The notes beneath the pieces are model-generated. The model saw only the letters and a list, made by a program, of their open reading frames with translations, was not told where the DNA came from and ran no database searches. DNA of 64,000 nucleotides from Leucoraja erinacea (taxonomy: Eukaryota): contig NC_073389.1 of assembly GCF_028641065.1 (NCBI RefSeq), positions 19,964,001 through 20,028,000 on the forward strand. Reading direction: 5' to 3'. Of this stretch, positions 53,191 to 64,000 are shown one piece after another. The first letter of the stretch is position 1. Each line of letters opens with the position of its first letter. Both the position numbers and the translations under genes were made by a program.

Positions 53191-53224
53191 GGTGACATTT
53201 CGGATTGAGACCGTTCTTCAGACT
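53191..53224 (-). ncRNA. Degenerate minimal type I hammerhead ribozyme motif within a Penelope terminal repeat
   Basis: Minus strand reads AGU-CUGAAGA-A-CGGUCUCAAUCC-GAAA-UGUC-ACC: core and GUC cleavage site intact, stem II decayed. Confidence 0.5.
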
Positions 53225-53509
53225 GTCTATCAAACAATGTAATGCCTCTAACGTTGAGGAAGACTGCAGATTTGAGAAGCAAAACTTTTTTTTGTGTGAG
53301 GTGCTTATTGAGTATTTGGAAGACGAATATTTTAATTTGTTGTTACCGGTCCTCAAATGTGGCAAATACTTTCATAGCAATTCAATTTTCCAATTTGTTT
53401 TCCAGTAACCTGTTCCGCCACATTTGTCCATCATCTCCCCCTCTTATTCCTCACGCCTTCCTTCACAGTGTGTCTTTTATAACAGCCAATTAAAATACTA
53501 AACCATATT

Positions 53510-53795
53510 GGGGCGGCACAGTGGTGCAGCGCTAGAATTGCTGCTTTACAGCGTAGAGACATGGGTTTGATCCCGACTACGGGTGCTGTCTGTACAGAGT
53601 TTGTACTCTCTCCTTGTCGGTTTACTCTGGGTGCTCCGGTTTCCTTCCACGTTCCAAAGACAGGCAGCTTAATTGGTTTCTGTAAAATTGTTCCGAGTGT
53701 GCAGGATAAAACTAATGAGTAATGGTTGACGTGGACTCGGTGGGCCAAAGGGTCCGTTTCCACGCTGTATCTCTGAACTAAACTAAACTAAATTA
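53510..53795 (+). mobile_element. HE1-type V-SINE, followed by an opposite-strand fragment at 53800-53940
   Basis: Head, V-domain and (CTAAA)n tail. Confidence 0.9.
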
Positions 53796-55774
53796 AATCC
53801 CTCTGGGATGTGGGAGGAAGTTGGACCACCCTAGGGGGAAACCCACACGGTCAAAGCCAGAAAGTGGAAACCCCACAAAGACAGCACCTGAGTCAAGATT
53901 GAATCTAGGGGGTTGGTAGAGTGTTAACTGCTGTGCCACCGGTTAAGGTCCAGAATCAGTCCACGATTCCCAATGAATAGACTTATTTCAGCTAATGATA
54001 GTTAACAGCAATGTGCCCAGAAAAGGAGGCGAGCATGGAAATGCAGGGTATGTGGGCAAAGGTGACAATCAGACAGAGTTTCAGCTTTTGATTGTTGTCA
54101 ATGGTACTGCCAGAAAGTCAACATTCATTGAACACTGGTCAGGGTTTGAAGAGACTTGGCTATGTTGATCTCCCTGTTCACTAGCCTCGTCATTTCTGCT
54201 GCCTATGTTCTCTTATTAAAAATAATAGTTGCAACGAGCACCACTTGTAACTTAGAGAGAACTAGAGCAAGTGCATTGACAATTGGCAGGAAAATCTAGA
54301 CTAAACCTGCTCACCATCAGCTTTTGTGGAGTTGATCTGTTTTCAGGTGCAGAAAGTCAAGAGTGCTGAATTAGCATATGTATTTCTTCTTGCGTATGCC
54401 GTGCACAGCCTAAAGTTGAAGGACAACTTGTTCTATTTAATCCTACTTGATTGTGCACGCCAGGTTGATTGCATTCGTCACAACAGGGCTGACCATGTGA
54501 AGGTTGCAATCTCCCACCCCGGTATATGTATCGACAACATAACAATGAAATTCTAACTTGCTGCCGTCTAACAGCCTCGTAACATAATCACATTAAACCT
54601 ACGCCTTTGAGTTTTGGACTCCACTACCCTGTGGGAAGAGACTGTGACTATTCACCTTATCTATGCTCCACACCCCTCAGCCTCCCATGCACCGTAGATG
54701 GGAGAGGAATAAAGCGGGAAGAAAAGGGAGAATAATCCGTTTTGCAGAGTAGCGACATGCTCCCATCTCAAGCTTCTGGTTGCATATCATTTTTGCTCTC
54801 CTTCCTAGTCCCACGTCAGCAAGACAAAGAAGATAGTGATCGACTTCAGGAAGCAAAGTGGTACATACACACACACCCCGGTTTGCATTTACAGCGCCAA
54901 AGTAGAGATGGTTGAAAGCTGCAAATTTCTCTGAGTAAATATTTCCAATATTCCTGGGCAGTAAAATGAAGACATTTTGTCTAAAACTGTAGGTTTTTCT
55001 TCTTTGAGAACATCAATATACAAATTTTGAAGCAAGCTATTTATTGAAAGTGCATTGAGATATGTTCCAACTATTAAAAGCACAGATATGCACTATATCC
55101 CTTGATCCTATTAAACATACAGTAATAACTATCTTCAAAACAATTGAGACAGTAACATAATTTGTGCTATAAATTTCATGCAATTCCACCCTTGGAAGTA
55201 GAAGCCGTTTTGGCCATTGTTAGTTATTAATGGATCAGCAAATATAATTAATAGGTTAAATACAATACAATGGCAGTTATGAATCAAAACTGCTGCAAAT
55301 AATTGAGAGTTGTATTAGGTCAGACATAAATGCAAAATATAGAAGATGGATTGGCAAATGAGGAACAAATACTTTGAGCATATGTAATTTGGCCATTAGG
55401 CATGTCAGAATAGGCTTGGTAATTTATAAACCATTTGGATGTTTGCATATTGCATTAATGACTGAGTTGACAGGGAAACCAAAAAATTACAGCATTTATC
55501 AATCTCACAATAGCAGTTCGTGCTGATACTTATTGTTTGTGTGTGGCAATGTACCGGTTGAGACTCAAAGAACGGAACTCCCTAGGATACCTTTCACAGG
55601 TCTATGAAAACTGAGCAACATTGCAAATAATAGAATGTAAAACCATGCAAAAAAAGTTGACATATAACACGAATAACATATGATTTGCCTGCCTAGGCAT
55701 GCAACAGATTTGAACAATACCATGAACTGCTGCAGCCTGTGTGCTCCAATGATCTTGTGCTGGCAACAGTAAGT

Positions 55775-56076
55775 GGGTGGCCCAGTAGCGCAGTGGTAGA
55801 GCTGCTGCCTCACAGCGCCAGAGACCCAGGTTCGATCGTCACTTTGGAAACTGTCTGTATGGAGTTTCTACATTCTCCCTGTGACCATGTGGGCTTGCTC
55901 CAGGTGCTCTAGTTTCCTTCCACATTCCAAAAAAGTGCAGGTTTGGAGGTTAATTGGCTTCTGTAAATTGTCCCTGGTTTGTAGGATAGAATTAGTGTAT
56001 GGGTGATTGCAGGTCAGTGTGGACTTGGTGGGCCCAAGGGCCTATATCCACGGTGTATCTCGCGACTAAACTAAAC
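55775..56076 (+). mobile_element. HE1-type V-SINE
   Basis: Head with GGTTCGATC, V-domain and tail. Confidence 0.9.
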
Positions 56077-56420
56077 CAGGGGTTTAGATTTAAAGATCAG
56101 AACAACTCGGGACTCCTATCATACGTTTGTTAAAACTAAGCAACATTGCAAATAATAGAATGTAAATCAATGTAAATAAGATGGCATATAATGAGAATAA
56201 CAGAAGATTAGCTTGCCAGACATGCAACAGATTTTAGCAGTGCCATGCATTACTGCAGTCTGTGTGTTTCAATGAGCTTGCACTCCCAACAGTAACTTCA
56301 GGTCCCATGGTACTAGCTTTTTCTGCAATTCTACAATAATGCAAGTATGAGTTACCCCCTGGTGCTGTCTTCATTTGTGCAGATTAATCCAACCTGTTCA
56401 TAGTTTGTCTGTGTTTGTTT

Positions 56421-56719
56421 GTTTGTCAAGAGTTCTCCCAAGTTTCCCCTGATTCGAACGCGGAGAATTACAATTACGGTAATAGCCGCTCGTAGGTACT
56501 CGGGCTCTCGTGGACATTTTTCAACATGTTGAAAAATCTTCATGAGTCTTCACGAGCTTACCGCAATACCCAAGTACCTGCCATTAGTGTTACGAGCCGC
56601 TAAGAGACGTTCCGAGCTCCGACGTACCCACTATGTACATTGTATGTGCTTACCACGAGTTTGATTTTTTTTTTACTCGGGAGAGCTCTTGAATTACCTC
56701 GTACAGTGGCACAGCCCCT
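56421..56719. mobile_element. Partial non-autonomous DNA transposon related to 62471-63166
   Basis: Right end AGTGGCACAGCCCC resembles AGTGGGACAGGCCC; shares the palindrome TTTTTCAACATGTTGAAAAA. Confidence 0.5.
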
Positions 56720-57324
56720 GTAGTGCTCCCCCTCACCCCTCTTTATGATGCATAATTGATGCAACCTCTCTCTTTTGTGAGTGTCATTTCAAGTTCCTGT
56801 TTATCTGTTGTTTAAGTTGAGAGTGGATTTTTGTCATATGGCCCGAAACAGAACAATTAAATTCTTACTTGCAGTGGCACACCAGATATCTAAATGTAGT
56901 ACTTAGTAGACACCATAATAAACAAGAAAAAGAAGTTCAATGCAGCATTTCAAAACAAAATAAAAAAATATTGTGCAAAGACAAAAACAAGCCCTCAAGT
57001 CCCTAGTACAATCAAGGTAGTTTGTAGTTCAGGGTTTAGTTGGAGTTCTTAATGTTCAATAGCCTGAAGGTTGTTGGGAAGAAGCTGTTCCTGAATTTTA
57101 ATAATTGCTTTGACGATTTAGATGTGAACGTACGTGGTATGGTCAGTAAGCTTGTAAATTACTGGTACAGTGCACATTGATGAAGGTCATCTATAATTAC
57201 AATGGGATCTTGTTCAACTGAGCCAATGGCCCGAGGAATGGCAGTTGGTGTCTAATTCCAATAAATGCAAGGTAAATTCAGATATGCCTCTTGGTAGGAA
57301 AAACCAGGGCTACAACAGTAGATG

Positions 57325-57450
57325 TTCAAGAAGGAACTGCAGATGCTGGAAGATCGAAGGTACACAAAATTGCTGGAGAAACTCAGCGGGTGCAGCAGCA
57401 TCTATGATGCTGCTGCACCCGCTGAGTTTCTCCAGCAATTTTGTGTACCT
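57325..57450. mobile_element. Young Penelope-derived hairpin insertion
   Basis: Perfect 45-bp arms (57358-57402 and 57406-57450) with a TAT loop; 15-bp direct repeat CTACAACAGTAGATG at 57310-57324 and 57449-57463. Confidence 0.9.
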
Positions 57451-58370
57451 ACAACAGTAGATGATGGGGCAGAGTCAAACTTAGGGGTGTGGCTCATAGT
57501 TTCATGAAGGTGGTAACCAGGTATGAAGTAGGTATTGACTTGCTTGCCTTACTTGCTCCTGTTTGTTTACGGTCTAAAGATTTAGCAGTGTTTTTTTTTA
57601 AATAGCCACTTCACATATTTCTCACCATCTCCCTGCTTTGCTGGCTTTGTTCTCAGCCGGCAGTATTTTTTCCCTTTCAGAGCTCTGAGAAGGCGCTCTA
57701 TTAGTGAATAGAGAACAATGAACAAACAGACTTAGACAGATGCATAATTAGGGTTGAGTTACACAACCTCTCTCGGGTTCATTCTTAGTTCACTGAAAAC
57801 ATGAATAGCATGGAGTTTATATGTGGGGCATTGTAACTGCAGACATCACCTCGTAGTTTTCTGTGCTACATTATAAAAATAACAATCAAACGACCATGAA
57901 GTGTATTATTCCTCAACAAGACCATTGCTCAATGTAATCTGTATTCTTCACTCGGAGGGTGACGCAATGCAGTGAAATTGACAGGAGTCCAAAACCCAGT
58001 AATTACATTAACCGTACAAAACATGTTCCAGAATTCTTTAGAGATATTTTTAGTTAAGCAGATTAGTGAAAAATATGCCTCTTAAAATGAGTGAATACGG
58101 ATGTGGCTTCAGGTATTCCTATAAAGTGTCTTGTTGGTTGGAGGTTCCTGAATTGCAAATTACTAACAATTTGCACAGTGGGCGGCAGAGTGACGCAGCT
58201 ATAGAGCTGCTGCCTGGGACCAGGGTTTGATCCTGACTAAGAGTGTTGCTGTACGTAGTTTGTACATTCTCCCTTTAACTTTGTGGATTTCCTTCGGGTG
58301 CTCTGGTTTCCTCCCAGTTCCAAAGATATGTAGGTTTGTCGGTTCATTGGCTTCTGTAAATAGGATAGAA

Positions 58371-58597
58371 CAAGGGTTCCTAACCTGGGATAAATTTACC
58401 CCATAGGGGATACATTTTGCCTACCCAGGGGGTAAATTTGTTGATTCTGGATTTGTACATATTTGTTCTCATTGACTGACTGTGTTTGGTTCTGGTATAC
58501 TGCCATCAATAGTTGTTCATAAATAAGTGAAATAACAATGTTATGTGCTATTAAAGTTGCCAGGGGTAAACGGGACGGAAAAGGTTGGGGACCCTTG
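58371..58597. mobile_element. Non-autonomous hAT (Charlie-like) MITE inside an HE1 SINE (58180-58680)
   Basis: Terminal inverted repeats CAAGGGTTCCTAACCT / AGGTTGGGGACCCTTG; degenerate 8-bp flanks GGATAGAA / GGATAATT. Confidence 0.75.
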
Positions 58598-59424
58598 GGA
58601 TAATTCCAGTGTACGGGTGATTGTTGTTCGGCGTGGACGAGGTGGGCCAAAGGGCCTGTTTCAGCTGTATTTCTAAACTAATGTTTTTACTTTTAATATC
58701 CCCACGTTCTTTCATAACCAATGTCCCACTGTGAGCAAAATGCACCAAAGATTTAGTGTCTTCCCCCTTAGCCACATTTCTTTTCCTTCTCTGACAGCAA
58801 GTAAATTTGCTTTGGAAAAGACCACAGGGACTGAAACAACGTGTTCAAATCATAGTTCCACTTAGCTCTGTATTTAAACTGCGCCAGTATTATATATTTT
58901 AGATAGGTTATTGATTCACTCATGATATATTAATAGTGCTCAAGCACTGAACACAAGAACAAATGCCACCTTGTGAGTGTTACAGTGCTTTAAAATGATT
59001 AATAGAGTTACTTCAAGTCCGCCATATAGGTGGCCTTCCAGGCATCTGGTCTTTGAATGTTTGATAGGATGAACAGAAACTCACAAAACGATAGAGAACT
59101 CTCCATGTGCCATCAAAACCTGCCAGATGTTGCTGTCTTTAATGGGACTTTATATCACACTAAGCGCTACCCTTTCTCCTATATCTGTACACTGTGGACG
59201 GCTTGTTTGTAATCATGTATAGTCTTTCCGCTGACTGGATGGCACGCAAACAAAAACCTTTTAAAAGAACCTAGGTGCACGTGACAATAAATTAACCTAA
59301 ACTAAACTGAAACAAATATTGGTGCAGGGGAAGATGAGTGATCAAACTAGAAATACAAAAACTGCTACTTGAGATGTGAGCTTTGTTAAAATGACTTCTT
59401 CCTGCCATGTAATTAAAGTACACA

Positions 59425-61074
59425 GGCTGTGGGCCGAGCATCAAAATGTGTCGAGAAATCAACTTTTGTGACCCCTGTCTCGGAACCACATGAAATTTTG
59501 CACAGATTTAGATAAAATATAATTGAAAAGGAAGTCACAACTCGTCAGTGCCAAAAGTTGCACATTAAATAATTAAACTAATTAGAAAATGAGATTTGAA
59601 AAAAGTAAGCCCCGTCTAGTGTCCAATGCCCATATTATACCAAGGGGAGCCTATTTCCGTGTTGCAGTCTATTTAAACCATATATTATTATACCATGTAA
59701 ATATATATATATTATATATAATAATAATAAATACTTTATTAATCCCCTTTTCAGGGGAAATTCAGATGTCCTTGCAGCATACTAATAAAAAATACAACAT
59801 AGTATTAAAGAAGAAGTTTAACATTAAAACATAAAAACATCCCCCCACAATGGTTCCCACTGTGGGGGGAGGCACAAAGTCCAGTCCCCATCCTCTTGTC
59901 CACCCATGGTCAGGCCTATTGAGGCCTCCACAGTCGCCGCCACGGAGGCCCAATGTTTCAGGCCCTCTCACCAGGTGGTGGTGCTCCGGCATCGGGAGAA
60001 CCGTCTCAGCGGCTTGGGGTGCCTGGAACGGCCGCTTCCTTACTGGAGACCGCGGCTTCCAAGCTAACAGGCCGTGCTGGATGGAGTTTCACCACTGGCG
60101 ATCTTGGCAGGAGATCCCAGGCTCCCGATGTAAAGTTCAGTGCCGCCGCCCGCAGCTGGCGCTCCACAGACCTGCAGCTCCGCGATGTTTAATCGGCAGT
60201 TCCCAGCATACCGGAGTAACAGCGCGGCGAGCCAGGCAAGGCATCGCCCGCTCCACAATAGCGCTCCAGTGCTGTGCCGCCGCCGAAGCCGAGGTTCTGG
60301 CCAGGTCCCCTCAGGAAACGCCACTCCATGCCCCGCTGGTAGGCCGCGAGGACGGGTCGAAGGTGCTGCTCAGAGGAAGGCAGCCTCTCCGACCAGGTAG
60401 GGACTTGAAAAAGCAGTTTCCCCCTTACCCCCCCCCCCCCCCCCCACACATAAAAAGATTAGACCCCCAACTACACACTTTAACGTACTAAAAATAATAA
60501 AAAAGAAGTGAAAAAAACGGACAGCTGCAGGACTGGCAGCCATACAGGACGGCGCCCCTTCTCCTGTGCATGTGTGTGTGTGTGACTTGTGAATATGACT
60601 GTAATCATATATAATTATATATAATATATTATATAAAAATAATAATGAATATAATTGTGAGTGTGTTTTTTGAATGAGACTGCCGCAGAGGTCCAGCTCC
60701 TGAACCAGCCGAATGAATGGGTGAGGGCAGTTCCTGTGGGTTCCCCTGTTTACTAAACCTGACTGACTGCCATTGTCCAGAGTGGGGGTCATAGCCATAG
60801 TGGGATTGGGGCAGTGCCAGTACCTAGCGACCATAAAACAAAGCGCGGGATTGGTCAATTTGCGTCCGACCTCAATGTCAAACGTGCATTGATTGGGCAA
60901 TTATTACTCTGAAAATTTGAGGTTTTTCTCATATTTTAAAAAAATGTGCAGGCTTTGGTCTTGACGAGTTTCAGGTATGATTTATATAATATTTTTACAC
61001 AATATGTTACAAATTCAGGTAGTTCCGTGAGTTGGGTCACCATCTTCAACGAAAAAGCTCCTCGGCCCACAGCC
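59425..61074. mobile_element. Non-autonomous DNA transposon with long imperfect terminal inverted repeats; superfamily unresolved
   Basis: Perfect 14-bp termini GGCTGTGGGCCGAG / CTCGGCCCACAGCC plus further inverted subterminal blocks. Confidence 0.75.
59718..60560 (-). mobile_element. GC-rich non-coding retroposon with a Rex1/Babar-like tail, nested in the DNA transposon
   Basis: Minus strand ends GGGGATTAATAAAGTATT(TAT)n; no recognisable coding frame. Confidence 0.55.
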
Positions 61075-61554
61075 AAGCAGTGAATGCCTGAAATTTCTGA
61101 TTTAAATTTTTAAATAAGAATGCCTCAAATTGAAGAAATAATTCATTCTTCAGTTAACATTTCCCTTCAACAACGTGATATGTAATATCCAATTTTCCAA
61201 TACTGAAAATTAACAATTAGAAAAGTTTCATTGTCTCACTAAATATTCAATTGTTCATTTATTATCACATGCATCAGGTACAGTGAAATTCATTTTTTTG
61301 CATACAGATCAGTAAGATTATTGCCATACATACAGTAAGTGCATAATATATATTATGTACATAACTATTACTGTTTAATCTTGTTAATTTTTCTTAGTAC
61401 TTATTCCAGCCTTTCCTTCCATTTTTTTATCCATCCAAGATTTGATTCACTTTAATATGTATTTTCTGTCCTTTGCCGTGAACTGTTTATTTCACTATCT
61501 TAAAATCCAATTTGTTAAGGATAATGATATTCGCTTGGAGCTTGCAACTAATAA

Positions 61555-62036
61555 TTGCACAGCAGTAAAGTTGCTGCCTGACAGTGCCAGAGACACGGAT
61601 TTGATCCTGACTACAGGTGCTGCCTATCCAGAATTTGTATGTTCTCCTTGTGACTGCGTGGGTTTTCCCCAGGTGCTCCGGTTTCCACCCACATTCCAAA
61701 GACGTACAGGTTTGTAGGTTTAAGAGGGAACTGCAGATGCTGGAGAATCGAAGGTTACACAAAAAAGCTGGAGAAACTCAGCGGGTGCAGCAGCATCTAT
61801 GGAGCGAAGGAGAAAAAAAAAATTTCCTTCGCTCCATAGATGCTGCTGCACCCGCTGAGTTTCTCCAGCTTTTTTTGTGTAACCCAGGTTTGTAGGTTAA
61901 TTGGCTTCGGTAAAAATTGTAAATTGTCCCGAGCGGGTGTAGGATCGTGCTAGTGTGCGGGGATTACTGGTCAGCGCGGACTCGGTGGGCCCAACGTTCT
62001 GTTTCTACGCTGTATCTCTAAACTAAACTGAACTAA
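61555..62036 (+). mobile_element. HE1-type V-SINE hosting a hairpin insertion
   Basis: The SINE is restored when 61721-61884 and one repeat copy are removed. Confidence 0.9.
61721..61884. mobile_element. Young Penelope-derived hairpin insertion
   Basis: About 59-bp arms (61753-61811 and 61825-61884, one homopolymer indel) with an A-rich loop; 14-bp target-site duplication CAGGTTTGTAGGTT at 61707-61720 and 61885-61898. Confidence 0.9.
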
Positions 62037-62470
62037 AGAGCATAAGTTTACAAAGGCAGATATAAATGTGGCCTCAAATTATTTGACAGTAAGCAAATTA
62101 ACTTGAATTTGAAAACATTTCTATTGTGATAGAATCCAAACCTGCACAATTGGAATTTTTTTTTTTTAAGTTGCCAGGGAAACAAACTTAAAATTTGAAT
62201 ATGCACGTTACAAGCATTTTCTGGTCTGTTTACAATGCAACATGACATTATACGATGACACTACCAATTGCTGATGAAAGCTTTTGTGACACATTATAAA
62301 TGCGGGAAACTGTCTTTTGCATATCTCCATTATAATGCTTTTCCACTCTTCTACAAATATTGCAAACTGTGCCCTGTTCAATTCAAAAGCACCTGTCAAA
62401 TTTACTTCAGTGATAAGTATGCCTGCCATTGTTTTAATTTAAAACATCCAGTATCATAAATGACATGAAT

Positions 62471-63166
62471 GTGCCTGTCCCACTTAGGCGATTTTTCAGG
62501 CCACTCACACACACATACACACATCACTTCCTTCACCAGCACGTTGTGCAGGCGGGGGACAGGGCAAGCAGGGAGAGCGCTGTCTGAGTGAAGTTCACAC
62601 AGTGCAAAGCCAATGTGATACAGCCACACACCGCGATGCACAGGAAGGTTTGCGCTGTAATTAAGATGGTGAAAGCACAGTGTACGGGAAGTCCTTTAAA
62701 AGGGGGGGGGGGAGAATGCATGAAGACAACTTTTAATAAGCCAGAGATACACAGCTGTGAAGCTCGGCGGACATTACCATTACCGGTCGGTTATCCTTGG
62801 TTTTGAAAACTACTGCTTGCGTTTCTTTTTCCCAATGAGCGAATGAAATTCACTGGTCAGCACCAGCTACAACCCACAAAAAACTACGACAATGTTCGAC
62901 CTCCTGGCAACCAACTACCACTGCACTTACGGCACGAGAATTCTCGCTACTTTCCATAGCGGCTTAATTCTGGTCGCCGCTAATTTTTCAACATGTTGAA
63001 AAATTTGCGGTGACCATAATGAGGGCACAACCAGTTCCCAGAATGCGGGAACTCCTCACGACCATGAAGGCGACTACCCGGTACGTCCCGCGAACATGTG
63101 ACAACCATGTGGTGACTGCATAGTCTCCTGAAGTTCCATAACAAGTCGCCTAAGTGGGACAGGCCC
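62471..63166. mobile_element. Non-autonomous DNA transposon, probably PIF/Harbinger-like
   Basis: 21-bp terminal inverted repeats G(T/G)GCCTGTCCCACTTAGGCGA with one mismatch; right flank is TTAA. Confidence 0.7.
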
Positions 63167-64000
63167 TTAAAAGGATATCTAAGTTAGGAGCAATGTATTT
63201 TGGTCAGCATTGTTGATTTTAGAAATAGATTCACGCAAGGTCCATTAAGCCTGTCAGTGAAGTGTTGCTGTACCTTACAGCTAATGTAAATCAATGTGAA
63301 CAAAGTAACTATCCCCACTCTTTTATATTTGCGCTTTTATGATCTCTTGAATATACTTTTAGGAAATGCAACACAGTTGCAAATGCAGTTCAGATTCTGG
63401 ACTGCTATTTTGTGGCTGAAGGGAAGTGTGTTTCTGTCGATTAGAATGAGCCATCATATTCTAGATGAAGAAGTAGGATGATCTGCTCAATGTTTATCCA
63501 GCAGTCACTCCAAACAGCATAGCCTGTCCACTGAAGATGCATTTAATGTAAGCATTAGTTCCATCTGACAGTGCCATGAATAGTGTCTTCAACTCACTGT
63601 AAGTAGAATATCATCAGCCTGCCACATTAATACTTGCGGATTTTAAGAAGCTTCATGTAAGCAATGGTGATGTATTTTCAAGGGAAGTGCGTTGGCTGTC
63701 CCAAATACACTGACAATTTGGTTGCATCATCAGCAAGCAATTTGCGAATTGCAGTCAACATTTTCCTACATTGTAACTCAAATTTTATGCACACTTTATC
63801 TATATCCATCATTCGGCAGGCTTGAGAACTATCTGCTGTATTCTTCATCTTTCCCTTTGCTCTACCTGTTGTAGTTGAGTTCAGCTTGAGTGAATGTGTG
63901 TAAGTTTTATCTGCTCAGAAATCAAAATTAAGATTTTCACTGTACCTTGTTGCATGTGACAATAACACGCCTAAACCTGATACTGAGCTATAGAGAAAGA

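Noticed and set aside
59850-60900. 213-aa and 176-aa ORFs and a CpG-island-like block
   Set aside because: They lie inside nested repeats; stop-codon scarcity is explained by GC content.
1-64000. CRISPR array, prokaryotic operon or defence system
   Set aside because: The sequence is vertebrate repeat-rich DNA; repeats are dispersed rather than regularly spaced, and there are no gene-dense ORF runs.

Overview
Eukaryotic, AT-rich, repeat-dense vertebrate DNA. The repeat content points to a cartilaginous fish, probably a skate or ray: about 20 HE1-type tRNA-derived V-SINEs and many HER1/CR1 LINE 3' ends. I found no intact host gene, rRNA, tRNA or CRISPR array. The only long intact ORF is the 520-aa reverse transcriptase of a young, 5'-truncated CR1 LINE (39587-41149, minus). 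Other mobile DNA includes a decayed Rex1/Babar LINE, a compact internally deleted Gypsy LTR element (both LTRs, tRNA-Trp PBS, PPT, ATAT target-site duplication), Tx1 and RTE-X-like 3' ends, and several non-autonomous DNA transposons. Four signals stand out. (1) About 20 Penelope-derived fold-back insertions have arms carrying a degenerate minimal hammerhead-ribozyme motif; two are young, near-perfect hairpins with 14-15 bp target-site duplications. (2) A chain of phase-compatible exon-like segments on the minus strand (about 0.3-28.7 kb) carries stops and frameshifts, suggesting a decayed multi-exon gene that I cannot name. (3) A head-to-head CR1 pair sits inside one SINE. (4) There are three local diverged duplications of 55-200 bp. 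Family assignments come from motif recognition only; no database searches were run, and repeat boundaries are approximate unless a target-site duplication or splice site is cited.
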